A DNA stretch of 64,000 nt from Pseudomonadota bacterium. GTDB lineage: Bacteria; Pseudomonadota; Alphaproteobacteria; Micropepsales; Micropepsaceae. Location of the stretch: the NCBI GenBank assembly GCA_021804785.1, contig JAJZGY010000003.1:57166-121165 (forward strand), in the 5' to 3' direction. This document shows positions 23,443-35,814 of the stretch, in pieces. Each line of letters starts with the position of its first letter. Positions within the stretch are counted from its first letter, which is position 1. Both the position numbers and the translations under genes were made by a program. Below the pieces are notes generated by a model. That model was not told where the DNA came from and searched no databases. It saw nothing but the letters and a program-made list of their open reading frames with translations.

Positions 23443-23853
23443 ATGAACTCAATATTGACGCCGGTTCTGGCGCTTATATGCCTTAGCCTGATCGTGTGGG
23501 TCTGGATGTACGCGACGCGCATCCCGGCCATGCAGCGCGCAAAACTTACCCCAGACGCTGCGATGCACCCCGGATCCCTGGATGTTTTGCCAAGTGAAGT
23601 GCGTAGGGTCGCTGACAACTACAACCACCTAATGGAACAGCCTACGATCTTCTACGCACTGGTCTTTTATATCTACCTAGCGGGGCTAGTGGATCCGTTC
23701 TATGTGGGGCTGGCTTGGGCGTATGTCGGCCTGCGCGTCATTCATACGGGCGTACAGTGCACGGTAAATAGGGTTCCACTGCGCTTTATGGTGTTTTCAA
23801 TGTCTACATTTGTGCTGATGATTATGGCCATACGGTCGCTTCTGGCGCTTTAG
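23443..23853 (+). CDS. MAPEG family membrane protein
   Basis: RRVADNYNHLMEQPTIFY, LAWAYVGLRVIH; GGAGG RBS before ATG 23443. Confidence 0.88.
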   Translation: MNSILTPVLALICLSLIVWVWMYATRIPAMQRAKLTPDAAMHPGSLDVLPSEVRRVADNYNHLMEQPTIFYALVFYIYLAGLVDPFYVGLAWAYVGLRVIHTGVQCTVNRVPLRFMVFSMSTFVLMIMAIRSLLAL

Positions 23854-23897
23854 CACTGCCTCCCAGCCTTCATAGGAAAGAAATTTTCTGTCTCCGC

Positions 23898-23926
23898 TTG
23901 ACCCTGAGTGGCCCCGCGGATATATA
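23898..23926 (+). promoter_or_regulatory. sigma70 promoter of the str operon
   Basis: TTGACC-N17-TATATA upstream of rpsL. Confidence 0.75.
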
Positions 23927-24114
23927 CCGCCACCTTCTGTGGACAGGCTGTCGGCGTATGCCGAAACGTTGTCAGGAAGACCAGTAGGAGAGCTTTGGTA
24001 AGCGCGATCTGGCGTTGGTGCGCCTGATCCTCCGCTTCGGGAAGCCAGCCCCCGTTGGGGGTTGGCTATGTTGTTTTGTATATGCCGGCAGGGCCGGTTG
24101 CCAGGGAAGACAGG

Positions 24115-24486
24115 ATGCCGACGATCAACCAGTTGATCCGTAAGCCGCGCTCGGAAAAGCCCAAGCGCAATAAAGTGCCCGCACTCACGGGATCACCACA
24201 GAAGCGGGGTGTGTGCACGCGCGTTTATACGACGACGCCGAAGAAGCCAAACTCTGCATTGCGTAAGGTCGCAAAGGTTCGCCTTACCAATGGATTTGAG
24301 GTGGTGAGCTACATTCCCGGCGAGCGGCATAATCTGCAGGAGCACTCTGTGGTGCTCATTCGGGGCGGTCGCGTGAAGGACCTTCCCGGTGTTCGCTACC
24401 ACATCATTCGTGGCGTGCTGGACACGCAGGGCGTTAAAGATCGCAAGCAACGCCGTTCGCTCTATGGCGCGAAGCGTCCGAAGTAA
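24115..24486 (+). CDS. rpsL: 30S ribosomal protein S12
   Basis: [29 protein letters not shown]. Confidence 0.99.
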   Translation: MPTINQLIRKPRSEKPKRNKVPALTGSPQKRGVCTRVYTTTPKKPNSALRKVAKVRLTNGFEVVSYIPGERHNLQEHSVVLIRGGRVKDLPGVRYHIIRGVLDTQGVKDRKQRRSLYGAKRPK

Positions 24487-24504
24487 TTTGAAGAGGTCGA
24501 GAAA

Positions 24505-24975
24505 ATGTCCCGCCGCCACCGCGCTGAACGCCGAGAAATCAATCCAGACGCCAAATTTGGCGACTTGATTCTCGCAAAGTTCATGAACAGTCTGATGTAT
24601 GACGGCAAGAAGTCTGCCGCAGAGAGCATCGTGTATGGCGCGTTTGATGTAATCCAAGAGAAGACCAAGCAGGACCCGCTGCAGGTATTTCATGAAGCGT
24701 TGCGCAACGTTCAGCCTGCGCTTGAAGTCCGCTCTCGTCGTGTCGGCGGTGCGACATATCAGGTTCCAGTGGAAGTTCGTACTGATCGCAGTCGTGCCTT
24801 GGCCATTAGGTGGCTGATCAACGCAGCCCGTGGGCGTAACGAACCAACGATGACCGGGCGTCTGTCAGGTGAGCTGCTTGATGCAGCGAGTAATCGCGGA
24901 AATGCAGTTAAGAAGCGCGAAGACACCCACAAAATGGCGGAAGCAAACCGCGCATTCTCACATTACCGCTGGTAA
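24505..24975 (+). CDS. rpsG: 30S ribosomal protein S7
   Basis: [26 protein letters not shown]. Confidence 0.99.
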   Translation: MSRRHRAERREINPDAKFGDLILAKFMNSLMYDGKKSAAESIVYGAFDVIQEKTKQDPLQVFHEALRNVQPALEVRSRRVGGATYQVPVEVRTDRSRALAIRWLINAARGRNEPTMTGRLSGELLDAASNRGNAVKKREDTHKMAEANRAFSHYRW

Positions 24976-24995
24976 GGGTCCCGAGGAATTTTACG

Positions 24996-27071
24996 ATGCA
25001 GCGCCAGACGCCACTCGCAAACTACCGGAATATCGGCATTGCCGCGCATATTGATGCCGGTAAGACCACGACTACGGAGCGTATCCTCTATTATACCGGA
25101 CGTAGCCATAAAATCGGCGAAGTGCATGATGGTGCGGCCACCATGGACTGGATGGAGCAGGAACAGGAGCGGGGTATCACCATTACCTCTGCGGCCACGA
25201 CCTGCTTCTGGAAAGACCATCGCATCAACATTATCGATACCCCGGGCCACGTCGACTTTACGATTGAAGTAGAGCGCTCGATGCGCGTGCTTGACGGTGC
25301 CGTTGCCGTTTTCGATGCAGTTGCCGGTGTGGAGCCTCAGTCGGAGACCGTGTGGCGTCAGGCTGACAAGTACCGCGTTCCGCGCATCTGTTTTGTTAAT
25401 AAAATGGATCGTATGGGCGCAAATTTTCAGCGTTGCGTCGACATGATGATTGATCGGCTTGGTACGAAGCCGCTTGTGATTACTTGGCCGATTGGCGCGG
25501 AGGCTGATTTCAAGGGTCTGGTCGACGTAGTCAAAATGAAGGCCCTGGTTTGGCAAGAAGAGCAGCTTGGTGCCAAATTCGACGAAATCGAAATTCCTGA
25601 AGAGTACCGCGCCAAGGCTGAAGAACTACATACTGCACTCGTCGAAACTGCGGTAGAGGAAGATGAAAAGCTTCTTGAAGCCTACCTTGAGGGCAGTTTT
25701 CCATCGTATGAAGATCTGAAGCACTGCATCCGCAAGGGCACAACTGCTTTCCGATTTGTGCCGGTGCTTTGTGGATCAGCGTTCAAGAACAAGGGGGTAC
25801 AGCCCCTGCTTGATGCAGTTATCGATTATCTGCCATCGCCACTTGATATCCCTCCTGTGGAAGGGGTGAGACCGGGAACCGATGAAAAGTTGGTACGTAT
25901 GGCTGATGACAAGGCGCCATTCGCGGGTCTCGCGTTCAAGATCATGGATGACCCGTTTGTCGGATCGATTACGTTTGTACGGGTTTATTCTGGAACAATC
26001 AGTTCCGGAACGTCCGTTCTTAACTCTGTGAAAGATAAAAATGAGCGCGTCGGCCGGATGCTGCTTATGCATGCTAATAGTCGAGAGGATATCAAGGAGG
26101 CTGCGGCCGGTGATATAGTGGCGTTTGCTGGACTTAAGTTGACATCGACTGGCGAAACGCTCTGCACCCCATCGGATCCGGTTATTTTGGAGCGTATGGA
26201 ATTTCCTGATCCCGTTATTGAACTCGCTATTGAGCCTAAGACAAAAGCTGATCAGGAAAAAATGGGTATGGCCTTGGCGCGGTTGGCCCAGGAAGATCCG
26301 TCATTCCAGGTTTCAACTGATGCCGAAAGCGGTCAGACGATCCTGAAGGGCATGGGCGAACTGCACCTGGATATCAAGGTCGACATTCTGCGCCGGACTT
26401 ACAAGGTCGACGCCAATGTCGGAGCGCCTCAGGTAGCGTACCGAGAGACTTTGTCCAAGCCGATCACAATTCTCTACACCCACAAGAAGCAGACTGGTGG
26501 TTCGGGGCAGTTTGCCGAAGTGAAAATCGAATTCGAGCCTCTACCTCCCGGCTCCGGGTTCACCTTTGAAAATGAGGTTGTGGGCGGCTCAGTTCCTAGA
26601 GAATACATTCCTTCGGTCGAAAAAGGACTGCGCGCGCAAAAGGAATCGGGCCTCATGGCGGGTTTCCCTGTGATCGATTTCAAGGCACGTCTCGTCGACG
26701 GGAAATACCACGAAGTTGACTCGAATGCTCTTACCTTCGACATCGCGGCCCGTGCAGCCTTCCGTGAACTGGCGACAAAGGGCGTCGTTAAGTTGCTTGA
26801 GCCGATTATGAAGGTCGAAGTGGTGACGCCCGAGGACTTCCTGGGCGGTGTCATCGGGGACCTTAATTCTCGTCGTGGGCAGGTGCAGGGAACCGATACG
26901 CGCGGAAATGCGCAGGTGGTGACTGCCATGGTGCCGCTCGCGAATATGTTTGGCTATATCAACACCCTGCGGTCGATGACACAGGGGCGTGCCCAGTACA
27001 CGATGCAATTCGATCATTATGAGCAAGTTCCGCAAGCTATCGCGGATGAAGTGAAGGCAAAGTACGCGTAA
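24996..27071 (+). CDS. fusA: Elongation factor G
   Basis: [29 protein letters not shown]. Confidence 0.99.
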   Translation: MQRQTPLANYRNIGIAAHIDAGKTTTTERILYYTGRSHKIGEVHDGAATMDWMEQEQERGITITSAATTCFWKDHRINIIDTPGHVDFTIEVERSMRVLDGAVAVFDAVAGVEPQSETVWRQADKYRVPRICFVNKMDRMGANFQRCVDMMIDRLGTKPLVITWPIGAEADFKGLVDVVKMKALVWQEEQLGAKFDEIEIPEEYRAKAEELHTALVETAVEEDEKLLEAYLEGSFPSYEDLKHCIRKGTTAFRFVPVLCGSAFKNKGVQPLLDAVIDYLPSPLDIPPVEGVRPGTDEKLVRMADDKAPFAGLAFKIMDDPFVGSITFVRVYSGTISSGTSVLNSVKDKNERVGRMLLMHANSREDIKEAAAGDIVAFAGLKLTSTGETLCTPSDPVILERMEFPDPVIELAIEPKTKADQEKMGMALARLAQEDPSFQVSTDAESGQTILKGMGELHLDIKVDILRRTYKVDANVGAPQVAYRETLSKPITILYTHKKQTGGSGQFAEVKIEFEPLPPGSGFTFENEVVGGSVPREYIPSVEKGLRAQKESGLMAGFPVIDFKARLVDGKYHEVDSNALTFDIAARAAFRELATKGVVKLLEPIMKVEVVTPEDFLGGVIGDLNSRRGQVQGTDTRGNAQVVTAMVPLANMFGYINTLRSMTQGRAQYTMQFDHYEQVPQAIADEVKAKYA

Positions 27072-27164
27072 TCGAGCGGCCGGGCCTTATGGCGCCTGGT
27101 CAAAAAACCGGCCTCTCGTTATGCGATAGGCCAAAGTACTTGGTTCAGACGACGGAGAGAGACC

Positions 27165-28355
27165 ATGGCGAAAGCCAAATTCGAGCGGACGAAACCGCAC
27201 TGCAACATCGGAACGATCGGTCACGTTGACCATGGCAAGACGTCGCTGACCGCAGCGATTACAAAGGTGCTCGCCGAAACCGGCGGAGCTACCTTCACTG
27301 CCTACGATCAGATTGACAAGGCGCCGGAGGAAAAGGCCCGCGGCATCACGATTTCAACCGCGCATGTGGAATACGAGACTAAGAAGCGCCATTACGCCCA
27401 CGTCGACTGCCCAGGCCACGCGGACTACGTGAAGAACATGATCACGGGCGCGGCCCAGATGGACGGCGCCATTCTCGTGGTGTCCGCAGCCGATGGTCCA
27501 ATGCCGCAGACGCGCGAGCATATTCTTCTGGCTCGCCAGGTTGGCGTGCCGGCGCTCGTGGTATTTCTTAACAAGTGTGACATGGTTGACGATCCCGAGT
27601 TGCTGGAACTCGTCGAAATGGAAGTTCGTGAACTGCTTTCATCCTATGACTTCCCAGGGGATGATATTCCGTTCGTCCGCGGTTCGGCGTTGTGCGCCCT
27701 TGAGGATCGCGAGCCAGCTCTGGGCAAGGACGCAGTGCTGAAGCTGATGGATGCTGTCGACAGCTATATCCCGCAGCCTGAACGTCCGATTGATATGCCG
27801 TTCCTGATGCCGATCGAAGACGTGTTTTCGATTTCCGGCCGCGGTACCGTGGTAACTGGCCGTATTGAACGCGGTGTGGTCAAGGTCGGCGAGGAAGTTG
27901 AGATCGTCGGGATGAAGCCTACGGCCAAGACCACGGTTACCGGTGTGGAAATGTTCCGTAAGTTGCTTGATCAAGGTCAGGCTGGTGACAATGTCGGCTG
28001 TCTGCTGCGTGGTATCGATCGCACGGGTGTAGAGCGCGGGCAGGTTCTTGCCAAACCGGGCTCGATCACGCCCCATACCACGTTCAAGGCGGAAGTCTAT
28101 GTGTTGACCAAGGAAGAAGGCGGTCGTCACACGCCGTTCTTTGGTAATTACCGGCCGCAATTTTACTTCCGTACCACCGACGTGACGGGCATCGTGAAAT
28201 TGCCGGAAGGCACGGAGATGGTGATGCCTGGTGACAACGTGGCTATTGAAGTCGAACTGATTGTGCCAATCGCCATGGAGGAGAAGCTGCGCTTCGCTAT
28301 CCGTGAGGGCGGTCGCACTGTGGGTTCTGGTGTAGTCTCGGCCATTATTAAGTAA
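27165..28355 (+). CDS. tuf: Elongation factor Tu
   Basis: [34 protein letters not shown]. Confidence 0.99.
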   Translation: MAKAKFERTKPHCNIGTIGHVDHGKTSLTAAITKVLAETGGATFTAYDQIDKAPEEKARGITISTAHVEYETKKRHYAHVDCPGHADYVKNMITGAAQMDGAILVVSAADGPMPQTREHILLARQVGVPALVVFLNKCDMVDDPELLELVEMEVRELLSSYDFPGDDIPFVRGSALCALEDREPALGKDAVLKLMDAVDSYIPQPERPIDMPFLMPIEDVFSISGRGTVVTGRIERGVVKVGEEVEIVGMKPTAKTTVTGVEMFRKLLDQGQAGDNVGCLLRGIDRTGVERGQVLAKPGSITPHTTFKAEVYVLTKEEGGRHTPFFGNYRPQFYFRTTDVTGIVKLPEGTEMVMPGDNVAIEVELIVPIAMEEKLRFAIREGGRTVGSGVVSAIIK

Positions 28356-28494
28356 GTGCGTATGGTTCCTGGCCCGCGCGGTCTCAATGGGCGCGCGGGA
28401 TTGGGATCAGAGGATTAGTGGTGAATTAGGTTTGTAGAACGAAAGCAGTGGTAGGCCGAGTAAAAGCGGCCGAGTGCCACGATAGAGGTAGAAA

Positions 28495-28803
28495 ATGCAG
28501 AGCCAAAATATACGGATCCGGCTCAAAGCCTTCGATCACCGCATCCTCGACAATTCGACGCGGGAAATCGTAAACACGGCAAAGCGCACGGGAGCGCAGG
28601 TACGCGGACCAATCCCGCTGCCAACGTTAATCGAACGCTTTACCGTGAACCGGTCCCCGCACGTTGACAAGAAGAGCCGCGAACAGTTCGAAATCCGGAC
28701 TCACAAGCGTCTCCTCGACATCATTGAACCGACGCCACAAACGGTCGACGCGCTTATGAAGCTCGACCTGGCCGCCGGTGTTGATGTCGAGATCAAGCTT
28801 TAA
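28495..28803 (+). CDS. rpsJ: 30S ribosomal protein S10
   Basis: [25 protein letters not shown]. Confidence 0.99.
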   Translation: MQSQNIRIRLKAFDHRILDNSTREIVNTAKRTGAQVRGPIPLPTLIERFTVNRSPHVDKKSREQFEIRTHKRLLDIIEPTPQTVDALMKLDLAAGVDVEIKL

Positions 28804-28818
28804 GGAGTAGGTGCGGAG

Positions 28819-29529
28819 ATGCGCACAGGCGTCATCACGCAGAAGGTCGGCATGACGCGCCTCTTTTTAGAGGACGGCCGGCATGTGCCCGTTACGGTCT
28901 TGAAGCTTGATGGCTGTCAGGTCGTGGCCAGGCGCACCGAGGATACGGATGGCTACACAGCTGTCCAGCTCGGTTCTGGATTTGCAAAGCCAAAAAGGTT
29001 AACGAAGGCCGATCGCGGGCAATTCGCCAAGGCCGAAGTTGAACCGAAAAAGAAACTCGCGGAATTCCGCGTTGACTCGGCCAACCTGTTGGAAGTCGGC
29101 GATGTAATTTTGGCGGATCACTTCGTGCCGGGCCAGAAAGTGGACGTCACAGGTATCACCATTGGTCGCGGATTCACCGGCGCGATGAAACGCTGGAATT
29201 TTCGTGGACTGGAGGCGAGCCACGGCGTGTCGATCTCGCATCGCAGCCTCGGCGGCACGGGTGGTCGTCAGGATCCTGGTAAGACCTTCAAGAACAAGAA
29301 GATGCACGGGCACTACGGTGTTGACAGGGTCACCACGCAGAATCTCGAAATCGCTAAGGTCGACGTCGAGCGTGGGCTCATCATGGTCAAAGGAGCGGTT
29401 CCTGGCCATCGCGGCGGATGGGTGATGGTGCGGGACGCTGTCAAACATCAAGTGCCGAAGGAAGCTCCGGTGCCTGCATCAGTCAAGAAGCGCGTCGCCA
29501 ATGGCGCTGAAGTAGCGGCGGAGGGTTGA
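28819..29529 (+). CDS. rplC: 50S ribosomal protein L3
   Basis: [21 protein letters not shown]; operon position. Confidence 0.99.
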   Translation: MRTGVITQKVGMTRLFLEDGRHVPVTVLKLDGCQVVARRTEDTDGYTAVQLGSGFAKPKRLTKADRGQFAKAEVEPKKKLAEFRVDSANLLEVGDVILADHFVPGQKVDVTGITIGRGFTGAMKRWNFRGLEASHGVSISHRSLGGTGGRQDPGKTFKNKKMHGHYGVDRVTTQNLEIAKVDVERGLIMVKGAVPGHRGGWVMVRDAVKHQVPKEAPVPASVKKRVANGAEVAAEG

Positions 29530-29530
29530 G

Positions 29531-30148
29531 ATGAAAACGCAAGTTCTCAAGCTCGACGCAAGTGACAGCGGCGAGATTGAACTCAACGATGCGGTGTTTG
29601 GTTTGGAACCGCGGGCTGACCTGCTTCAGCGTGTTGTGGTTTGGCAATTAGCTAAACGTCGCGCTGGTACCCATAAAGTACTTACGCGTGGTGAAATCGA
29701 TCGGACCAAGAAGCGCGTGGGTAAGCAAAAAGGCGGCGGTGTGGCTCGCCATGGACCCCGCTCTGCTCCGCTTTTCGTTGGTGGTGCGAAAGCTATGGGC
29801 CCGGTCACCCATAGCCATGAGTTCTCACTGCCCAAGAAGGTTCGAGCGCTTGGGCTGAGGCACGCGCTTTCGGCGAAGGCTAAAATCGGTGCCATCGTAG
29901 TGTTAGAAGAAGCCAAGTCGGCCGCCATGAAAACCAAGGACCTTGCGGCACATTTTAAGAAGCTTGGAGTTGAAAACGCTCTGGTTGTAGACGGGCAATT
30001 TGATTTGAATTTCGCGATGTCGGCTCGCAATTTGAACCATGTATCGTTGCTTCCGGCCGAAGGCTTGAATGTTTATGACATTCTCCGGAGCGAGAAGCTG
30101 GTTCTAACCAGAGCCGCAGTGAAAGCGATCGAGGAGCGTCTAGCATGA
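29531..30148 (+). CDS. rplD: 50S ribosomal protein L4
   Basis: [23 protein letters not shown]; operon position. Confidence 0.98.
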   Translation: MKTQVLKLDASDSGEIELNDAVFGLEPRADLLQRVVVWQLAKRRAGTHKVLTRGEIDRTKKRVGKQKGGGVARHGPRSAPLFVGGAKAMGPVTHSHEFSLPKKVRALGLRHALSAKAKIGAIVVLEEAKSAAMKTKDLAAHFKKLGVENALVVDGQFDLNFAMSARNLNHVSLLPAEGLNVYDILRSEKLVLTRAAVKAIEERLA

Positions 30149-30432
30149 GTAGCGAGTACGACGTGATCCTGTCGCCAGTGATTACAGAAAAGGCGACCAA
30201 GCTTACGGAAGTGAATCAGGTGGTGTTTCGCGTGACACTTGACGCGACCAAGCCTGCCATCGCCAAGGCGGTAGAGTCGCTGTTCAAGGTTAAGGTAAAG
30301 GCAGTTAACACTCAGCGCATCAAGGGCAAAGCTAAGATGGCGCGGGGCAGGCCTTATCGGCGCAGTGACTACAAAAAAGCGATCGTTACCCTCCAGGAAG
30401 GGCAGCAGATCGATATTACGACGGGGCTCTGA
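30145..30432 (+). CDS. rplW: 50S ribosomal protein L23
   Basis: [27 protein letters not shown]. Confidence 0.98.
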   Translation: MSSEYDVILSPVITEKATKLTEVNQVVFRVTLDATKPAIAKAVESLFKVKVKAVNTQRIKGKAKMARGRPYRRSDYKKAIVTLQEGQQIDITTGL

Positions 30433-30433
30433 G

Positions 30434-31273
30434 ATGGCGCTGAAAAAATATAAACCTACTACCCCAGGTCAGCGGCAGCTCGTGCTGGTCAATCGTGCCC
30501 ACCTGCATAAGGGCGGGCCTGTGAAGTCTCTGACAGAAGGGCAGACGCGTAACGGCGGGCGTAACAATACTGGCCGCGTGACGGTTCGCTGGCAAGGCGG
30601 TGGCCATAAACAACGCTATCGGATAGTTGACTTCAAGCGTCGCAAGTTTGATGTGCCCGGGCGTGTTGAGCGTATTGAATATGACCCCAATCGCACTCCC
30701 TATATTGCTTTGATCAAATATAAGGATGGCGAGCTTGCATACATTCTCGCGCCGCAACGCATTGCGGTGGGTGACACGGTAATTTCTGGAGACCGTGTGG
30801 ACGTTAAACCGGGAAATGCCATGCCTCTGGCGGCGATGCCGGTGGGTACGATCGTGCACAATATCGAGATGAAGCCCGGAAAGGGCGGGCAAATCGCGCG
30901 TTCAGCCGGGACCTATGCGCAGTATCTTGGACGTGACTCCGGTTACGCGACGTTGCGTCTGAATTCCGGTGAAGTTCGCAAGGTATTACTGACTTGCATG
31001 GCTACGGTTGGTGCAGTTTCCAATCCCGACCATATGAACGAAGTCATCGGCAAGGCCGGACGCAATGTGTGGAAGGGGCGCCGCCCCCATGTTCGCGGCA
31101 CTGCGATGAACCCTATCGATCATCCGCATGGTGGTGGTGAAGGGCGTACCAAAGGTGGTCGCCATCCCGTCACGCCGTGGGGCAAGTCGACCAAGGGCGC
31201 GCGGACGCGTTCAAACAAAAAGACGCAGAAATTCATCGTGCGCTCGCGGCACGCCAAAAAGACTCAAGGGTAA
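30434..31273 (+). CDS. rplB: 50S ribosomal protein L2
   Basis: [33 protein letters not shown]; start at ATG 30434. Confidence 0.99.
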   Translation: MALKKYKPTTPGQRQLVLVNRAHLHKGGPVKSLTEGQTRNGGRNNTGRVTVRWQGGGHKQRYRIVDFKRRKFDVPGRVERIEYDPNRTPYIALIKYKDGELAYILAPQRIAVGDTVISGDRVDVKPGNAMPLAAMPVGTIVHNIEMKPGKGGQIARSAGTYAQYLGRDSGYATLRLNSGEVRKVLLTCMATVGAVSNPDHMNEVIGKAGRNVWKGRRPHVRGTAMNPIDHPHGGGEGRTKGGRHPVTPWGKSTKGARTRSNKKTQKFIVRSRHAKKTQG

Positions 31274-31279
31274 GACGTT

Positions 31280-31558
31280 ATGGCTCGTTCGGTTTGGAAA
31301 GGCCCTTTTGTGGATGGCTTCCTTCTTAGGAAGGCGGAAGCCACACGCAGCACGGGTCGCAAGGAAGTGATCAAAACCTGGTCGCGGCGCTCAACGATTC
31401 TGCCGCAGTTCGTCGGCCTCACTTTTGGTGTTTACAACGGGAAAAAGCACATTCCTGTGCTCGTCACGGAAGACATGGTCGGTCACAAGCTTGGAGAGTT
31501 TTCTCCGACACGCACCTTCTATGGCCATTCGGCAGATAAGAAAGCAAAGAGGGGCTGA
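31280..31558 (+). CDS. rpsS: 30S ribosomal protein S19
   Basis: [19 protein letters not shown]. Confidence 0.99.
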   Translation: MARSVWKGPFVDGFLLRKAEATRSTGRKEVIKTWSRRSTILPQFVGLTFGVYNGKKHIPVLVTEDMVGHKLGEFSPTRTFYGHSADKKAKRG

Positions 31559-31560
31559 CA

Positions 31561-32043
31561 ATGGGTAAGGCATCTCGCCCGCGCGTTCTGGCCGACACCC
31601 AGGCAAAGGCCATTGGACGTAATATTCGGACCTCGCCGCGCAAACTTAATCTCGTGGCCCAGTCGATCCGCGGCAAGTCCGCGGAGACCGCGCTAAACGA
31701 GTTGACGTTTTCGCCTAAGCGCGTCGCCAAGGTGGTAAAAAAGGTGCTGCAGTCAGCTATAGCCAATGCTGAGAACAACCACGATCTTGATGTTGATGAT
31801 CTGGTCGTTTGTGAAGCGTCGGTCGGTAAGAATCTGATCATGAAGCGCTTCCACGCGCGCGCCCGCGGACGCGGCGCGCGAATCGAAAAACCCTTCGCGC
31901 AGATAACGGTAGTTGTTGAAGAGAAGCAGGCCAAAGAGAAGAAGTCCGCGTCGAAGAATAAACGTGGGCGGACGCAGTCCCAATCTAAACCGGCAGCGAA
32001 AGATGCTGTCGTCGAAACCGCTAGTGCGCAGGGAGAAGCCTGA
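31561..32043 (+). CDS. rplV: 50S ribosomal protein L22 with C-terminal extension
   Basis: [24 protein letters not shown]. Confidence 0.98.
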   Translation: MGKASRPRVLADTQAKAIGRNIRTSPRKLNLVAQSIRGKSAETALNELTFSPKRVAKVVKKVLQSAIANAENNHDLDVDDLVVCEASVGKNLIMKRFHARARGRGARIEKPFAQITVVVEEKQAKEKKSASKNKRGRTQSQSKPAAKDAVVETASAQGEA

Positions 32044-32774
32044 TGGGTCAGAAAGTAAATCCCACGGGGCTTCGCCTCGGTATCAACCGCACGTGGGACT
32101 CGCGCTGGTACGCGAACAAAAAAGATTACGGCAAGCTCCTGCAGCAAGATATCAAGATCCGCAATCATCTGGCGGAACGGCTGAAGGCCGCCGGTGTTTC
32201 TCGGATTGTGATCGAGCGCCCGCACAAGAAGTGCCGCATCACGATTCATTCTGCTCGTCCTGGTGTTGTGATCGGTCGCAAAGGCGCGGATATCGAGAAG
32301 CTGAAAAGCGAGGTGCAATATTTCACCGCTGATGAAGTGCACCTCAACATCGTGGAAATCCGCAAGCCAGAAATCGATGCTAAGCTTGTTGCGGAAAATA
32401 TTGCACAGCAGTTGGAGCGTCGCGTCGCGTTTCGTCGGGTGATGAAGCGGGCGGTGCAGTCTGCGATGCGTCTCGGTGCGCAAGGGATACGTATCAACTG
32501 TGGTGGTCGCCTCGGCGGCGCAGAGATTGCTCGGGTTGAGTGGTATCGAGAGGGTCGCGTGCCGCTGCATACTCTGCGGGCGGATATCGATTACGGCGTG
32601 GCTACCGCCAAAACGACCTACGGGACGTGTGGCGTGAAGGTATGGATCTTCAAGGGTGAGATTCTAGAGCACGATCCCATGGCAACGGAGAAGCGTCAGT
32701 CTGAGCAGTCAGGTGAGGCGGGACGTACACCCGGCGGTGATCGCCGTCGTGAACAGACCCAGCCGGCTGCCTAA
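32043..32774 (+). CDS. rpsC: 30S ribosomal protein S3
   Basis: [27 protein letters not shown]. Confidence 0.99.
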   Translation: MGQKVNPTGLRLGINRTWDSRWYANKKDYGKLLQQDIKIRNHLAERLKAAGVSRIVIERPHKKCRITIHSARPGVVIGRKGADIEKLKSEVQYFTADEVHLNIVEIRKPEIDAKLVAENIAQQLERRVAFRRVMKRAVQSAMRLGAQGIRINCGGRLGGAEIARVEWYREGRVPLHTLRADIDYGVATAKTTYGTCGVKVWIFKGEILEHDPMATEKRQSEQSGEAGRTPGGDRRREQTQPAA

Positions 32775-32791
32775 CGCGATAGAGATTAGTC

Positions 32792-33205
32792 ATGCTGCAA
32801 CCAAAACGAACAAAATTCCGCAAGCAATTTAAGGGTCGCATACATGGCCCGGCCAAGGGTGGCACGGCGCTAAATTTTGGTGCCTTTGGCCTAAAGGCGG
32901 TTGAGCCGGAGCGCATAACCGCGCGTGAAATCGAGGCTGCTCGTCGGGCGATCACGCGGCATATGAAACGCGCAGGTCGCGTTTGGATACGTGTATTTCC
33001 CGATGTGCCAGTTTCGAAGAAGCCTGCCGAAGTACGTATGGGTTCAGGCAAAGGTGCTCCCGAGTATTGGGTGGCGAAAATCAAACCGGGGCGCATCTTG
33101 TTTGAGATCGATGGTGTGGATCATGAGACAGCCAAAGAGGCGATGCGTCTCGGGGCAGCAAAGCTTTCGATCGCCACCAAGTTCGTTCACCGCATTGGTG
33201 CGTGA
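32792..33205 (+). CDS. rplP: 50S ribosomal protein L16
   Basis: [18 protein letters not shown]. Confidence 0.99.
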   Translation: MLQPKRTKFRKQFKGRIHGPAKGGTALNFGAFGLKAVEPERITAREIEAARRAITRHMKRAGRVWIRVFPDVPVSKKPAEVRMGSGKGAPEYWVAKIKPGRILFEIDGVDHETAKEAMRLGAAKLSIATKFVHRIGA

Positions 33206-33217
33206 GGAAAGAAGACC

Positions 33218-33430
33218 ATGGCGAAGAAAGATAACACCGCCGACGATTTCCGCACCAGGAGCGCGGATGAACTCACTGAACGGCTGACGAAGTTGAAAAA
33301 GGAGCAGTTCAATCTGCGCTTTCAACGGGCAAACGGTCAGCTTGAGAATACCGGTCGCGTGCGGGTCGTGCGTCGCGAAATCGCGCGCATCACCACCATT
33401 TTGAACGAGCAGCGTCGCAAGGCGAGCTGA
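33218..33430 (+). CDS. rpmC: 50S ribosomal protein L29
   Basis: [20 protein letters not shown]. Confidence 0.98.
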   Translation: MAKKDNTADDFRTRSADELTERLTKLKKEQFNLRFQRANGQLENTGRVRVVRREIARITTILNEQRRKAS

Positions 33431-33454
33431 AGGAAAAAGGGACAATAGAAGACT

Positions 33455-33697
33455 ATGCCTAAGCGCGTGCTCCAAGGCGTCGTGGTCAGCGACAAAAATG
33501 CCAAGACTGTGGTGGTGAAGGTGGAACGCCGCTTTACACACCCAGTCATGGGGAAAACCGTGCGTCGCTCGAAAAAATATCACGCGCATGATGAGGCCGG
33601 CCAATTCAAGGTTGGTGACATTGTGCGCATACGGGAGTGCCGGCCGCTTTCGAAGCTCAAAAGCTGGGAAGTGGTCGGTTTGGCAGGGCAGGAATGA
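33455..33697 (+). CDS. rpsQ: 30S ribosomal protein S17
   Basis: [26 protein letters not shown]. Confidence 0.99.
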   Translation: MPKRVLQGVVVSDKNAKTVVVKVERRFTHPVMGKTVRRSKKYHAHDEAGQFKVGDIVRIRECRPLSKLKSWEVVGLAGQE

Positions 33698-33722
33698 GCC
33701 AGAGGCCTGAGGGAGAACAACT

Positions 33723-34091
33723 ATGATTCAGATGACCTCTGAGCTCGACGTCGCGGACAACTCCGGAGCCCGACGCGTGATGTGCATTAAGGTTCTGGGC
33801 GGTTCGAAGCGAAAGTATGCCGGAGTTGGCGATACCATCGTTGTTTCGGTCAAGGAGGCTATTCCGCGTGGTCGCGTGAAGAAGGGCGAAGTGCTGAAGG
33901 CTGTGATCGTTAGGACGGCCCATGGCGTACGTCGGCCCGATGGCAGCTTGATACGCTTCGATAACAATGCGGCAGTTCTTGTGAACAACCAGGGCGAGCC
34001 AATCGGCACGCGCATCTTCGGTCCAGTAACGCGCGAGCTGCGCGCTAAAAACCACATGAAGATCATCTCTTTGGCGCCGGAGGTGCTGTGA
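33723..34091 (+). CDS. rplN: 50S ribosomal protein L14
   Basis: [23 protein letters not shown]. Confidence 0.99.
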   Translation: MIQMTSELDVADNSGARRVMCIKVLGGSKRKYAGVGDTIVVSVKEAIPRGRVKKGEVLKAVIVRTAHGVRRPDGSLIRFDNNAAVLVNNQGEPIGTRIFGPVTRELRAKNHMKIISLAPEVL

Positions 34092-34408
34092 TGGCGGTGA
34101 AAGTTAAAAAAGGTGACCGTGTCATCGTCACTACTGGCCGGGACAAAGGAAAAAAGGGTGAGGTTCTCAGGGTATTTCCCAGGGAGGACCGAGTACTTGT
34201 CTCGGGCGTGAACATGGTGAAGCGGCATCAGCGTCAGACGCAAGCCCAGGCTGGTGGAATTATCAGCAAGGAATCACCGATTCAGATTTCCAACATTGCT
34301 CACGTTGATCCCAGGACTGGTGGAGCAACGCGGGTTGGGTTCAAGGTTTTGGGCGACGGACGCAAGGTCCGCTTTGCCAAGAAGTCCGGTGAGGTCATCG
34401 ATGTCTGA
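34091..34408 (+). CDS. rplX: 50S ribosomal protein L24
   Basis: [18 protein letters not shown] (KOW), ESPIQISN. Confidence 0.98.
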   Translation: MAVKVKKGDRVIVTTGRDKGKKGEVLRVFPREDRVLVSGVNMVKRHQRQTQAQAGGIISKESPIQISNIAHVDPRTGGATRVGFKVLGDGRKVRFAKKSGEVIDV

Positions 34409-35063
34409 GCAGGGCAGCAAGACGAAGAAGTCCGGTGCGGTCAAGAAAGACGGCGCGGCGCGCAAGGAAGTTGCTGCGGGGACAAAAGTCGCCGTGGGCG
34501 AGGCATCGGTCGATCCTCAATACGTCCCGCGGTTTAAGAAGCGCTATAACGAAGTTATCCGTCCGCAGATGATGGAGCAATTCGGTTACAAGAACCTGAT
34601 GCAGGTTCCGCGCATCGAGAAGATCGTTCTCAATATTGGTGCGGGAGAGGCTGCGTCAGACCAAAAGAAGCTCCAGTCCGCCGTGAATGATTTGACAGCC
34701 ATTGCGGGCCAGAAGGCCGTTGTAACTCGCGCAAAGAAGGCAATTGCGGGGTTCAAGATTCGTACCGGACTGCCTATTGGCGCCAAAGTTACGCTGCGCA
34801 AGGACAGGATGTATGAATTCTTGGATCGTCTCGTGACAATGGCGTTGCCGCGAGTGCGTGACTTTCGCGGACTCAATGGCAAAAGCTTCGATGGGCGCGG
34901 TAATTATGCGATGGGTCTCAAGGAACACATTGTCTTCGTCGAGATTGACTACGACAAGACGGAAACTGTGTGGGGCATGGACATCATCCTCAATACATCC
35001 GCCAAAACTGATGAGGAAGCACAGGCGCTCCTCAAAGGTTTTCAATTTCCCTTTATGAACTGA
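34401..35063 (+). CDS. rplE: 50S ribosomal protein L5 with N-terminal extension
   Basis: [24 protein letters not shown]; ATG 34401 overlaps the rplX end and follows a GAGG RBS. Confidence 0.97.
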   Translation: MSEQGSKTKKSGAVKKDGAARKEVAAGTKVAVGEASVDPQYVPRFKKRYNEVIRPQMMEQFGYKNLMQVPRIEKIVLNIGAGEAASDQKKLQSAVNDLTAIAGQKAVVTRAKKAIAGFKIRTGLPIGAKVTLRKDRMYEFLDRLVTMALPRVRDFRGLNGKSFDGRGNYAMGLKEHIVFVEIDYDKTETVWGMDIILNTSAKTDEEAQALLKGFQFPFMN

Positions 35064-35074
35064 AGGCACGGACC

Positions 35075-35380
35075 ATGGCGAAAACCAGCCAGATCAACCG
35101 CAATCAAAAGCGCGAAAAGATGGTCGCGCAGTATGCGGCCAAGCGCGCAGCGCTGAAGAAGACGACCGAGGATATGTCGGTGCCGCCGGAGGAGCGCTTT
35201 CAGGCAATGCTCAAGTTGGCGGAATTACCACGTAACTCGTCCAAGACACGTATCCATCATCGTTGCGAACTTTCCGGCCGTCCTAAGGCGTACTATCGCA
35301 AGCTCAGGTTGTCTCGTATCGCGCTCCGTGAGCTTGCTAATTTCGGCCAGGTCCCCGGTATGACCAAGGCGAGCTGGTAA
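35075..35380 (+). CDS. rpsN: 30S ribosomal protein S14, long non-zinc form
   Basis: 101 aa, [25 protein letters not shown]; single Cys. Confidence 0.98.
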   Translation: MAKTSQINRNQKREKMVAQYAAKRAALKKTTEDMSVPPEERFQAMLKLAELPRNSSKTRIHHRCELSGRPKAYYRKLRLSRIALRELANFGQVPGMTKASW

Positions 35381-35396
35381 GGAAGGGTTTAAAGAA

Positions 35397-35792
35397 ATGG
35401 CGATCACCGATCCGATCAGCGATCTGCTTAGTCGCATTCGTAACGGCCAACTTCGTGGCATGACCAAGGTCAGCTCACCTAGCTCCCATTTGCGTACGCG
35501 CGTACTCGATGTGCTTCAAGCCGAGGGCTATATCCGCGGGTACGCGGAAATAGAGAAGGAGGGTCACAGAGAGCTTGAGATCGAGCTTAAGTATCATGAA
35601 GGGCGCCCGGTTATTCGTGAGTTACGCCGTGTCTCCAAGCCGGGGCGGCGGGTTTATATATCGGTTCGCGATCTCCTGCCGTATCGGCAGGGCCTCGGGG
35701 TTTCGATCGTGTCTACTCCGAAAGGGGTTATGACGGATGCACACGCTCGCGAAGAGCACGTCGGCGGCGAAGTGCTCTGCCACGTATTCTGA
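35397..35792 (+). CDS. rpsH: 30S ribosomal protein S8
   Basis: [27 protein letters not shown]. Confidence 0.99.
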   Translation: MAITDPISDLLSRIRNGQLRGMTKVSSPSSHLRTRVLDVLQAEGYIRGYAEIEKEGHRELEIELKYHEGRPVIRELRRVSKPGRRVYISVRDLLPYRQGLGVSIVSTPKGVMTDAHAREEHVGGEVLCHVF

Positions 35793-35814
35793 GCCGAGCG
35801 GAAGGAAGAAGACT

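Noticed and set aside
28373-28399. 8-bp hairpin after tuf as a terminator or S10 leader
   Set aside because: No U-tract, and no leader features I can match.
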